A stretch of 60,716 nucleotides of DNA. Origin: an uncultured Candidatus Saccharibacteria bacterium. Lineage in GTDB: Bacteria; Patescibacteriota; CAZHWT01. Below the pieces are notes generated by a model that saw nothing but the letters and a program-made list of their open reading frames with translations, searched no databases and was not told where the DNA came from. The DNA lies in the NCBI GenBank assembly GCA_964536215.1, contig CAZHWT010000004.1, positions 1 through 60,716 on the forward strand, given 5' to 3'. Below, piece after piece: positions 18,525 to 26,759 of the stretch. Position 1 is the first letter of the stretch. Each line of letters opens with the position of its first letter. Made by a program: the position numbers and the translations under genes.

Positions 18525-19571
18525 GTGACCACCTATCTCTCCACCTTTATTACCGGCTTTGGCGATATTGTCGAAAGTGCCATCCGCAAAAACGTTAAGG
18601 ACGCTCAAATCAATCTGCTTCTAGATGGTCTGATCATTTTTCAATCCAAAGCCAACATTAACCAGATTCGTCAGCTCAATTTTCTAAACAATAGCTTTAT
18701 CGTCCTGGCTCACAACACCAAGACTTCTGCGGACCCATTACAAGACATACTTCTCCAAGCCCTCAAACAAACCAACGTCGAAAAACAATTCCTGGCCGCC
18801 ATGCCCCATCGCCCAACCTCATTCCGAGTCAAAACCTTCCGAGAAAACCAGCCCGTCGCTGTCGACAAAACTCTCCTCTCCAAGCTGGAAAAGCAGCTCA
18901 GCCAAATCCACTATCTCCACCTCAACAAAAGCACCCCGCAAATAGAATTCTGGTGCTTTACCCGCCGCGAAGGCCACGCCTTCTTTGCTCTCAAAATTAC
19001 TCGCACCGAAAACTACGAAAAAACTCTTTCCAAAGGCGAACTCCGCCCCGAACTGGCCAACCTTCTCTGCCTCTTATCCGAACCCAAATCCACCGATATC
19101 TTCCTTGATCCCTTTGCCGGCTTTGGCTCCATCCCCGCTGCCCGAGCCAAACTCCTCCCCGCTGCCAAAATCATCGCCGGGGACAATAATCCGAACCTCA
19201 TCAAAACCCTCCAGGCCAAATTCAAATCCATCAAACATCCTATTACCATCACCAAGCTCGACGCTCTCAGCACCCCATTCGAATCCCAATCCATTACCAA
19301 AATCGTTACCGATCCCCCTTGGGGCTTCTTTGAAAAAGATCTTAATATCAACCAGCTCTATCAAGACATGCTGACCGAATTCACTCGCATCCTCAAACCT
19401 AACGGCATAGCCATCATCTTAACTGCCCAAAAAGAAACATTCACCAACGTACTTCAAAACCATCCCAGCCTCAGCCTCATTTCCGAACACACCACCCTTG
19501 TCTCCGGCAAAAAAGCCAGCGCCTATAAACTGAGATTAGTAGATCGCAGATCGTTAATCGTAGATCGTTAA
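18525..19571 (+). CDS. THUMP-domain class I SAM-dependent RNA methyltransferase
   Basis: SAM motif I DPFAGFGS and catalytic DPPWG; N-terminal THUMP-like region; start inferred from the promoter (ORF track TTG at 18501); the last 10 codons lie in a heptad array. Confidence 0.8.
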   Translation: MTTYLSTFITGFGDIVESAIRKNVKDAQINLLLDGLIIFQSKANINQIRQLNFLNNSFIVLAHNTKTSADPLQDILLQALKQTNVEKQFLAAMPHRPTSFRVKTFRENQPVAVDKTLLSKLEKQLSQIHYLHLNKSTPQIEFWCFTRREGHAFFALKITRTENYEKTLSKGELRPELANLLCLLSEPKSTDIFLDPFAGFGSIPAARAKLLPAAKIIAGDNNPNLIKTLQAKFKSIKHPITITKLDALSTPFESQSITKIVTDPPWGFFEKDLNINQLYQDMLTEFTRILKPNGIAIILTAQKETFTNVLQNHPSLSLISEHTTLVSGKKASAYKLRLVDRRSLIVDR

Positions 19572-19581
19572 TCGTTAATCG
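19540..19581 (+). repeat. heptad array (TAGATCG/TTAATCG) x6 spanning the methyltransferase stop codon
   Basis: TAGATCG CAGATCG TTAATCG TAGATCG TTAATCG TTAATCG; reverse complement of the CGAT family; encodes VDRRSLIVDR*. Confidence 0.85.
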
Positions 19582-19700
19582 CCAAACCAATCCAAGTAAC
19601 TCTTGTCCGCCTCTGGCGGAAATAACCAATAACCCTGCAAGGGATTCTCAATCAGGTCGAGAATGACAACAAACAGAGCGCTTCACCCTTCAACCTTCAA
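19582..19700 (-). repeat. C-A composite element plus shared tail AACAAACAGAGCGCTTCACCCTTCAACCTTCA
   Basis: hairpin A 19596-19610; hairpin C 19631-19657; the tail is identical to 23866-23901. Confidence 0.88.
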
Positions 19701-19727
19701 CCTTCAACCTGTAACCTATAACCTATA
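19677..19727 (+). repeat. heptad array CCTTCAA x3, CCTGTAA, CCTATAA x3
   Basis: seven tandem 7-mers read directly. Confidence 0.85.
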
Positions 19728-19888
19728 ACCTATAACCAGATTCATCCCTCGTTTCCCGCGCTCCAGTACGACGTGCCCAAAATGCAAAAACCCTCTACTC
19801 AATACTCGCTCTCGCCCTCTCACACGTACAATTGCCACCACCAGCCACCATCATTTATACTAAATCTATAACCATAAAAGGAGTAAAT

Positions 19889-20305
19889 ATGCCAACCAAA
19901 CTTAGCCCTTATCTCGGATTCCAAGATAACGCTCGCCAAGCTATGGAGTTTTACCACAGCATCTTCGGCGGCGACCTCGCCCTCAACACTTTCAAAGAAT
20001 CAAACGCCAGCCAAGACCCGTCCGAAGACGAAAAAATCATGCACGCCGCTCTGCACGTCAGCGAGCTGATCAGCTTCATGGCCTCCGACACTCCCAATGG
20101 CATGGACCGCCCAAACGGCAGCGCTATTAGCATGTCTTTAAACGGCGACAACGACGAAGAATTAACTAGTTACTTCAACAAACTGGCCGAAGGTGGCACT
20201 ATCACCCTTCCTCTGGAGCAGGCGCCTTGGGGCGACAAATTCGGTATGGTCAAAGACCAGTTTGGCATCAATTGGATGGTAAATATAAGTCCAGTCAAAG
20301 CCTAA
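19889..20305 (+). CDS. VOC/glyoxalase-fold protein (PhnB-like)
   Basis: LSPYLGF...A.EFY..IFGG N-terminus and ...PWGDKFGMVKDQFGINW C-terminus; AAAGGAG RBS before the ATG at 19889. Confidence 0.8.
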   Translation: MPTKLSPYLGFQDNARQAMEFYHSIFGGDLALNTFKESNASQDPSEDEKIMHAALHVSELISFMASDTPNGMDRPNGSAISMSLNGDNDEELTSYFNKLAEGGTITLPLEQAPWGDKFGMVKDQFGINWMVNISPVKA

Positions 20306-20449
20306 ACAGACTGGTTCTCGACTCCGCTCGAACTGTAGTTATACTTCGAGCGCCGTCGAGAAGCCAAATCTAAACTAGAACCTACAACCTACCCCCACAG
20401 CTCACCATTTTTTCTAAATCCTAATTCTGTTCTACTTCTATTTTCCAGA

Positions 20450-20477
20450 TTCTATTTTCTATTTTCTATTTTCTCCC
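20450..20477 (+). repeat. heptad array TTCTATT x3-4, abutting the ABC permease stop codon
   Basis: TTCTATT TTCTATT TTCTATT TTCTCCC; a further copy lies near 20436. Confidence 0.8.
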
Positions 20478-20478
20478 A

Positions 20479-21294
20479 TCACGCCTTGCGCATATAAGCC
20501 CGTACCGTCAATGGCGCAAAAATCAGCACAATCAATCCCGCGGCCAACAAACATAGCCAGAAATCTGTTCCTATCGCGCCATGATTAGCTAATTCCCGTA
20601 CTGCCGCCACCAAGTGTGAAATTGGGTTAATCTTCACAAACACCTGTAGCCAATCCGGCAACGTATCCACCGGTACGAAAGCGTTACTCAAAAACGTCAG
20701 CGGGAAAATGAACAAAAAGGCAATCGCCTGCACGCTCGACGCACTCCGCGCCAGCACCCCAATCAAAGCAAATACCCAGCTCAAACACCAGGCCACTAGA
20801 ATAGCCAATAAACTCCCGGCTGCCGTTCCTAAAAACCCACCGCCCGGATGATAGCCCATCAAGAAACCTGTGGTAAACGTCAATAATGCCACAATAATAT
20901 ACCGCGTCGTATCAGCCAACAACGCCCCAGCTAATGGCGCAATCCGGGCAATCGGCAAACTCTTAAATCGGTTAAACACCCCCTTATCCATATCTTCGCG
21001 CAACTGCTGTCCCGTTACTTGGCTGGTAGTCAGAATCGACATAGCCAAAATACCCGGAATCAGCGACGGCAAATACGCACTAACATCCCCAGAGATCGCC
21101 CCACCAAATAGATAGCCAAACATCACGGGAAACAGAATTGGCTGAATGAGCACATCCGCAAACTGCTCTGGCGTCCGGCGCATCTTTAATAAATTTCGAT
21201 ACGCCATAGTCAGAGTATCGCGTAGCACTTGCCCTATCGAAGCTCGATTCTTTAAAGTCCGTTCCGCTGCCGGCACAATCGTTCCTGTGTTCAT
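20479..21294 (-). CDS. ABC-2-type transporter permease (DrrB-like)
   Basis: 271 aa, 6 TM spans; ATGA start/stop overlap with the ATPase gene. Confidence 0.85.
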   Translation of the reverse strand: MNTGTIVPAAERTLKNRASIGQVLRDTLTMAYRNLLKMRRTPEQFADVLIQPILFPVMFGYLFGGAISGDVSAYLPSLIPGILAMSILTTSQVTGQQLREDMDKGVFNRFKSLPIARIAPLAGALLADTTRYIIVALLTFTTGFLMGYHPGGGFLGTAAGSLLAILVAWCLSWVFALIGVLARSASSVQAIAFLFIFPLTFLSNAFVPVDTLPDWLQVFVKINPISHLVAAVRELANHGAIGTDFWLCLLAAGLIVLIFAPLTVRAYMRKA

Positions 21295-22259
21295 TTTGTA
21301 TCCTCCTCAACTTCGTGCTCAGCTGGCCGACCTGTAATAGTCAAAAAGACTTCATCCAGAGTTGGCTTTTGCACACTCACCTCAGTCAAATGAACCTGCG
21401 CCTGGCGCAAGGCTACCAATAAATCTGTAATCTTTTCGGGATCTGCCATCGGTGCCGCCAACAATGTCGGCTCTGGCCTAGTCGGATGAGCCTGCAACAC
21501 GTTTTGGATAATGCTAGAAGCTTCTTCCATATCATTCTTAGCCTTCAACCTTAGCTGCAGCGTAGCCGTACCAATACTAGACTTCAGCTCATCAGCCGTC
21601 CCTTCCGCCACCACTTTACCGTGATCAATCACCACAATCCGATCCGCCAACTGATCAGCCTCATCCAAATATTGCGTCGTCAATAAAATAGTCGACCCAT
21701 TCTTAACCAACCGTCGAATCGTCTCCCACATCTGATTCCGCGTCCGCGGATCCAACCCTGTGGTCGGCTCATCCAGGAAAATTAATGGCGGCTGAGCAAT
21801 TAAACTGGCTGCTAAATCCAGCCGTCGCCGCATCCCACCGGAAAACTTCGCCAACGGCCGCTTAGCCGCCTCCGTCAGACTAAACTCTTCCAGCAAGTCA
21901 CCAGCCTTTTTCTTGGCCTCACGCGAGCTTAGCCCCAACAATCGGCCAAAAATCACTAGATTTTCCATTGCCGATAATGCTTCATCCACCGACGCGTCCT
22001 GACCCGTCACGCCAATCAATTGCCGCACCACCTGCGCCTCATGCACAATATCATGGCCAAAAATAGTCGCCTTACCGCCATCCGGACGCAACAATGTCGC
22101 CAGCATGTTAATCGTCGTACTCTTACCCGCCCCATTCGGTCCTAAAATCCCCACAATCGACCCCGCTGGCACCGCCAACGACACCCCGTCCACCGCTCGG
22201 TTATCGCCGAACGACTTTATTAAATTAGTGGCCTCTACTGCCAAAGTTTCTTGTGACAT
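21291..22259 (-). CDS. ABC transporter ATP-binding protein (DrrA-like)
   Basis: Walker A GPNGAGKST, signature FSGGMRRRL, Walker B LIFLDEPT; AAAGGA RBS fits the ATG at 22259 (alternative ATG at 22265). Confidence 0.9.
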   Translation of the reverse strand: MSQETLAVEATNLIKSFGDNRAVDGVSLAVPAGSIVGILGPNGAGKSTTINMLATLLRPDGGKATIFGHDIVHEAQVVRQLIGVTGQDASVDEALSAMENLVIFGRLLGLSSREAKKKAGDLLEEFSLTEAAKRPLAKFSGGMRRRLDLAASLIAQPPLIFLDEPTTGLDPRTRNQMWETIRRLVKNGSTILLTTQYLDEADQLADRIVVIDHGKVVAEGTADELKSSIGTATLQLRLKAKNDMEEASSIIQNVLQAHPTRPEPTLLAAPMADPEKITDLLVALRQAQVHLTEVSVQKPTLDEVFLTITGRPAEHEVEEDTK

Positions 22260-22380
22260 ATGCATATCCTTTACTATATTTGTTTAGTAGGCAAGTCGTG
22301 AGTCGGCAAGAGACGCCTGCCCGTAATGCGTACTTCATAATTCGTAATTCTGCAACCCTCGTCTACTCGAAAATAGTTTG

Positions 22381-22397
22381 CCCCGATTAAATCGGGG
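22381..22397. repeat. hairpin family B copy
   Basis: CCCCGATTAAATCGGGG. Confidence 0.85.
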
Positions 22398-22464
22398 TTT
22401 GCGGTAGAAAAACCTACTCGCCTACTCCCGACTTGCCTACTACTCATACTTCGCGCCTCTATCC

Positions 22465-22494
22465 CCTTACTCCTATAGCCTCCAGTTGCACGCC
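22465..22494 (+). repeat. third copy of the CCTTMCTCCT-GCCTCCAGTTGCA box
   Basis: CCTTACTCCTATAGCCTCCAGTTGCACGCC; compare 5764-5794 and 12690-12719. Confidence 0.7.
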
Positions 22495-22646
22495 GCAGGG
22501 AAGCTCGCGCACAGTCTACCCCGCAGTAGACGAAGTCTGCGAGGAGTACACGAGCACGAGCGACCCGAGGCCCCAGACAGCGCACATACCTACTCGTTTA
22601 CACGTACTTGCTACTCATATAAAAGTATACGAAAAACTAAAAATAA

Positions 22647-22683
22647 TTTAACACTGTTAAATTTTTATGTCAAGTGGTATAAT
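22647..22683 (+). promoter_or_regulatory. palindrome TTTAACACTGTTAAA + 16 nt + TGGTATAAT promoter of the TetR gene
   Basis: palindrome 22647-22661; TATAAT 22678-22683; the ATG at 22690 lies 6 nt after the -10 box; geometry matches 18481-18517. Confidence 0.65.
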
Positions 22684-22689
22684 CAGCTT

Positions 22690-23445
22690 ATGAACAACAG
22701 AAATAAACCTTCTAAAGATAAAACTAAAAAGGATTTACACCATCACGTTCTGCAGTGGTTGGACCAAAAACACGCCGAACATCTCAAGCAACACGCTGAC
22801 CGTTTTAACAAAAGCCAGGCCAAGACGCAGGCCAACCAGACCAAAATTATCCAGGCTGCCTTAGAGATTCTCGATCAAAAAGGCCTTGACGACCTGTCTA
22901 TCCGCGATATCGCCCACCGCATTCATCGCCAAGGTCCAGCTATTTACTGGTATTTTAAAAATAAGGAAACGCTGGTCGACTTTATGGCCGAAGCTATTCT
23001 TGCCGAAGCCTTTTCCAACCTTACCCCCCGCGCCGAACACGAAGACTGGCAGGATTGGCTTATCGCTCAAATGCAAACCCTCCGCCAAGCCATGCTCTCC
23101 CGCACCGACGGTGCGCGAGTCGTGGCCGGTGCCCACTTTTACCCCGCTATCACCTTGGCCAAACTATACGAAACCGCCTTTATCTCGCTCACCTCGGCCA
23201 ACCTCGACCTCAAAACCGCCCGCCACATCATCCTCACCACCACCTACTTCACCTTCGGCTTCTGCATAGAAGAACAAGCCGCCCCTACTCCAGAAGAACT
23301 GGCGGCTGCCAAAACTCAAGAGATTCGCACCATGTTCCCCAACCTTTTCACCGCCGTAGACCAAGCCGCCCAACCCCTCAACTCCGGCGACCAAGACTTC
23401 CTCACCGGTCTACAATTTATCATCAATGGAGCCCCCAAGGCGTAG
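22690..23445 (+). CDS. TetR/AcrR-family transcriptional regulator
   Basis: HTH region IIQAALEILDQKGLDDLSIRDIAHRIHRQGPAIYWYFKNKETLV; divergent from the ABC exporter pair; upstream ORF-track residues lie in repeats. Confidence 0.87.
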   Translation: MNNRNKPSKDKTKKDLHHHVLQWLDQKHAEHLKQHADRFNKSQAKTQANQTKIIQAALEILDQKGLDDLSIRDIAHRIHRQGPAIYWYFKNKETLVDFMAEAILAEAFSNLTPRAEHEDWQDWLIAQMQTLRQAMLSRTDGARVVAGAHFYPAITLAKLYETAFISLTSANLDLKTARHIILTTTYFTFGFCIEEQAAPTPEELAAAKTQEIRTMFPNLFTAVDQAAQPLNSGDQDFLTGLQFIINGAPKA

Positions 23446-23500
23446 TTATTGGTATTAGAATTAGAAGAATAGAAATACAAACCACGAACCAACCTTCATC

Positions 23501-23517
23501 CCCCGATTCAATCGGGG
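23501..23517. repeat. hairpin family B copy flanked by CCTTCA heptads
   Basis: CCCCGATTCAATCGGGG, followed by TCAACCTTCAA. Confidence 0.85.
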
Positions 23518-23596
23518 TCAACCTTCAAGAAGAGTATCGCTCATCAAATTCATCCCATAACAGCATCGGACATTACCAATCCTGGCAAAATTGGTG

Positions 23597-23616
23597 GTAC
23601 GTACACGTGTACGTAC
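23597..23616. repeat. 20-bp perfect palindrome GTACGTACACGTGTACGTAC
   Basis: self-complementary; followed by ATAGGTATCTTTATCTCTG; a related copy lies at 44729-44783. Confidence 0.8.
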
Positions 23617-23666
23617 ATAGGTATCTTTATCTCTGTAAAGTTGGTGAAGGGTGAGGGTGAGGGTGA

Positions 23667-23743
23667 ATCGTATATCGTTAATCGTAAATCGTAACTTGTC
23701 CAAGTAACTCCTGTCCGCCTCTGGCGGAAAGTAACTAATAACC
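23667..23743 (-). repeat. heptads (ATCGTWW x4) + A half of the C-A composite
   Basis: ATCGTAT ATCGTTA ATCGTAA ATCGTAA, then CTTGTCCAAGTAACTCCTGTCCGCCTCTGGCGGAAAGTAACTAATAACC (hairpin A 23714-23728). Confidence 0.85.
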
Positions 23744-23842
23744 AGATTGGTGAGTGGTGGGTAGTGAGTTGTACCCGAATTACGCAGTACGAATTACGAA
23801 GTACGCGAGCGAATAACGAATAAACGAAGATGCGTATATGTA

Positions 23843-23926
23843 GGGATTCTCGATCGGGTCGAGAATGACAACAAACAGAGCGCTTCACCCTTCAACCTTC
23901 ACCCTTCAACCCCGATTCAGTCTGGG
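23843..23926 (-). repeat. C half of the C-A composite + shared tail + degenerate B hairpin
   Basis: GGGATTCTCGATCGGGTCGAGAATGACAACAAACAGAGCGCTTCACCCTTCAACCTTCA; B-like CCCCGATTCAGTCTGGG 23910-23926; separated from the A half by a ~100-bp insert. Confidence 0.85.
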
Positions 23927-24036
23927 TCAACCTTCAACAAACTCTACCCCACGCTCCAGAATGACATACGCGAAACTCGAAACTCTCTATTCAAAACTCG
24001 TCTTTGCCATCTTAAAAAACTTTGGACGCTACACGC

Positions 24037-24042
24037 TATAAT
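24037..24042 (+). promoter_or_regulatory. -10 box TATAAT, 6 nt upstream of the ATG at 24049 (leaderless candidate)
   Basis: CGCTATAATAAGCATATG. Confidence 0.45.
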
Positions 24043-24048
24043 AAGCAT

Positions 24049-25572
24049 ATGCCTATCACCGACCCATCAATCAAAAAGCTACTACAGCTCTACCAACCCA
24101 TCAAAACCCTCCAGCAGATTGCCGGCATTCTCGACTGGGATATGAACGTCAACCTGCCAGCAGCCGCCGGAGAAACCCGCGGTAACCAAAATGCTTTTCT
24201 GGCCGAACAAATTGCTCATCACTGGCACAATCCAGACATCACTCAATTACTCGATCGGCTTAATGACCAGCACGACAACCTCTCCACCGACGAACAAGCA
24301 GTCCTCCAAAGTTTAAATCACGCCAGCCGTTTTTATCTCAAAATCCCCATCGACATCGTCCAAGAACACGCCCGCACCACCGCCGAGGCCTTCATGGTCT
24401 GGCAGCAAGCCAAAACCAACAACGACTTCAGCCTCTTTGCTCCACAACTGGAAAAGATTGTCCAGCTAACGCAAGTCATCGCCGATAAGCTCGGTTATCA
24501 ACACAACCCCTACGACGCCTTGCTTGACCTTTACGACCAGGGCCTCACGGCCGACTTCTGTGCCACCACCTTTAACCAACTCCAACCCCAATTAACCAAT
24601 CTAGTCGCTCGTATTCAAAAGGCCAAAAATTTCCAGCCCGACAGTCCATTGTTATCAGAAAGCATGCTCTATCCAGAACAAGACCAACGCCAACTCTCAC
24701 TATTCGCTCTCAAGAAAATGGGCTACAACTTTTCCTCTGGCCGCCTGGACACCGCCATGCACCCTTTCTCCACTGACCTCGGTCTGGGCGACACCAGAAT
24801 CACTACCCGCTATTTGCCCCACGACTTTCGCTCCTCCCTGTCTGCCTCCATGCACGAAGGCGGCCACGCCCTCTACACCCAAGGCATTAATCCAGAGCTG
24901 GCAGACATTTCACTCGAATCAGAGCTATCCTTTGCTATCCACGAATCCCAATCCCGTTTCTGGGAAAACCAAGTCGGCCGCAGCCCTGAATTTCTCACTT
25001 TCATGGCTCCGCTTTTCCAAGCCTTCTTCCCAGACCAACTTGGTCAAACCAGCCCAGACACCTTTGTTCAACTCTTTAACCAAGTCAAACCCAGCCTCAT
25101 CCGCATCGAAGCCGACGAAGTCACCTATTGCCTGCACATCTTAATCAGGTTTGAATTAGAAAACGACCTCATTAATCAAAAACTCGCCGTCAAAGACCTG
25201 CCCGAGGCTTGGCGAGCTAAATTTAAACAGTATCTCAACACAGAACCAACCACCGATGCCGAAGGTGTCCTTCAGGATGTCCACTGGTCCAACGGCTATA
25301 TCGGTTACTTCCCATCCTACGCCCTGGGCAACCTCTATGCCGCTCAATTTACTCATCAACTCAAAAAAGAGTTACCCTTCAACCAACTACTCAGCCAAGG
25401 CGAACTCGGCTCCATCTTATCCTGGCTGCGCACTAACATTCATCAGTATGGCTCCAGCCGCACTCCCGACCAACTCGTCCAAGCTATCACCGGCGAACCG
25501 CTCAACCCACACTATTTTATTAACTATCTGGAAGAAAAATTCAACACTATCTATCAGCTACCCAAAAAATAA
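24049..25572 (+). CDS. M32 carboxypeptidase (Taq-type metallocarboxypeptidase)
   Basis: HEXXH as HEGGHALY, plus HESQSRFWEN and DVHWS..Y.GYFPSY family motifs. Confidence 0.9.
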   Translation: MPITDPSIKKLLQLYQPIKTLQQIAGILDWDMNVNLPAAAGETRGNQNAFLAEQIAHHWHNPDITQLLDRLNDQHDNLSTDEQAVLQSLNHASRFYLKIPIDIVQEHARTTAEAFMVWQQAKTNNDFSLFAPQLEKIVQLTQVIADKLGYQHNPYDALLDLYDQGLTADFCATTFNQLQPQLTNLVARIQKAKNFQPDSPLLSESMLYPEQDQRQLSLFALKKMGYNFSSGRLDTAMHPFSTDLGLGDTRITTRYLPHDFRSSLSASMHEGGHALYTQGINPELADISLESELSFAIHESQSRFWENQVGRSPEFLTFMAPLFQAFFPDQLGQTSPDTFVQLFNQVKPSLIRIEADEVTYCLHILIRFELENDLINQKLAVKDLPEAWRAKFKQYLNTEPTTDAEGVLQDVHWSNGYIGYFPSYALGNLYAAQFTHQLKKELPFNQLLSQGELGSILSWLRTNIHQYGSSRTPDQLVQAITGEPLNPHYFINYLEEKFNTIYQLPKK

Positions 25573-25580
25573 GGTCCATC

Positions 25581-25623
25581 AAATAAAAATAGTCCGTGGC
25601 GTCACTCAGACACCTCGGACTAT
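25581..25623 (-). terminator. terminator-like hairpin between convergent genes
   Basis: stem ATAGTCCG/CGGACTAT with TTTTTATTT on the minus strand only. Confidence 0.5.
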
Positions 25624-25641
25624 TAGATTAACCAGTCATCA

Positions 25642-25827
25642 CTAGCCAATCGAGGACAAACACCACACCAATAGTGCGCAGATACCGAGGAATAGCAAAC
25701 TCAGACGATCCGAGCTGTCCCACTTCGCCCACGACCTTCGCAGATGCGCAGTACGAATGATACTCATCGAAAGCAAGACTTCCAGCGCAAAAATCGCCAG
25801 AATCAGAAGCAAAACTGCGAGTTCCAT
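25642..25827 (-). CDS. small two-TM membrane peptide (hypothetical)
   Basis: MELAVLLLILAIFALEVLL...LSLLFLGICALLVWCL; a minus-strand terminator lies just downstream; an overlapping alternative frame exists. Confidence 0.35.
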   Translation of the reverse strand: MELAVLLLILAIFALEVLLSMSIIRTAHLRRSWAKWDSSDRLSLLFLGICALLVWCLSSIG

Positions 25828-26080
25828 CTCCACACCCTTTCACGTGACCGCAATCTCCAAACGAAGCGCAAGTCTAACATAGTCTCTTACAGATGACAAT
25901 CAGTCAAGAAAACGCCTTCGTATGCCGCAAAAGACAGGTCTTCACATATTCATAACATTCTCTTCTAAACCATTAGCGCTAAACTAACCCACGCCAACGC
26001 TAATCATCAAATCAGAACAAACAGCAAAAAGATGATATACTAAAAGTACCATTTTATTACAGTAGTACTTGGAGGTTTTT

Positions 26081-26350
26081 ATGAAGTGTCCAATCGATAG
26101 CACCCAATTAGTCATGAGCGAACGCCAAGGCGTCGAAATAGATTACTGCCCACAATGTCGAGGCGTCTGGCTGGACAGAGGCGAAATAGATAAAATCATC
26201 GACCGTAGTCAATCACCAACCACCACTTCAGCGCCAAACCCACAACTCGCCTCCGAAGTACAGTCGAACCAGTTCCCACCCAACGACTATCACCAACCCC
26301 GCCGCAAAAAGAAAGAATCGTTCTTAAGCGACTTATTCGACTTCGACTAA
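26081..26350 (+). CDS. TFIIB-type zinc-ribbon protein
   Basis: CPIDST...CPQCRGVWLDRGE motif; GGAGG RBS before the ATG at 26081. Confidence 0.7.
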   Translation: MKCPIDSTQLVMSERQGVEIDYCPQCRGVWLDRGEIDKIIDRSQSPTTTSAPNPQLASEVQSNQFPPNDYHQPRRKKKESFLSDLFDFD

Positions 26351-26364
26351 TTCATACATCAGCC

Positions 26365-26565
26365 CTATCGCGTATCGCCCGTCTGCAAGTCGAAAATTGC
26401 TTGGCGCAATATCCGAATAGCCTTTACCCCAACGCCATGAAGCTTCAGCAATTCGTCATCACTCACGTTCGCCACCTGTTCCAGAGTATAAACCCCAGCG
26501 GCATTCAGCGCTCTGGTGGCTGGTTGCCCAATTTTAGGCAATTGATTATCCATAACCTTCTCCAT
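26365..26565 (-). CDS. small helix-hairpin-helix DNA-binding protein
   Basis: LLKLHGVGVKAIRIL HhH motif; 66 aa. Confidence 0.62.
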   Translation of the reverse strand: MEKVMDNQLPKIGQPATRALNAAGVYTLEQVANVSDDELLKLHGVGVKAIRILRQAIFDLQTGDTR

Positions 26566-26745
26566 ATCAACATTAGCTCCTTTCGGTTAAAAATCACCGC
26601 CACACCCATCTTAACAGAATTAAATCAACCCCAATGCAAAGCGTCAACCTTCAACCTGGGCTACAAAACTATCCTGACAAGTAGTATTCTGCCAGCCCAT
26701 CATATCCGGGATCATCTATTCATATACGAACCCAACGCAGACGTT

Positions 26746-26751
26746 TATACT
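26746..26751 (+). promoter_or_regulatory. -10 box TATACT, 8 nt upstream of the ATG at 26760
   Basis: GTTTATACTATTCAAGTATG. Confidence 0.35.
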
Positions 26752-26759
26752 ATTCAAGT

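Noticed and set aside
22486-22689. Long N-terminal extension of the TetR ORF (track start 22486)
   Set aside because: The extension runs through repeat DNA and across the palindrome/TGGTATAAT promoter. The ATG at 22690 gives a normal TetR N-terminus.
25628-25843. Alternative 71-aa ORF overlapping the small membrane-peptide ORF
   Set aside because: The sequence is not protein-like (Cys/Gly/Ser-rich with no hydrophobic core). The other frame gives a clean two-TM peptide. Both calls remain low confidence.
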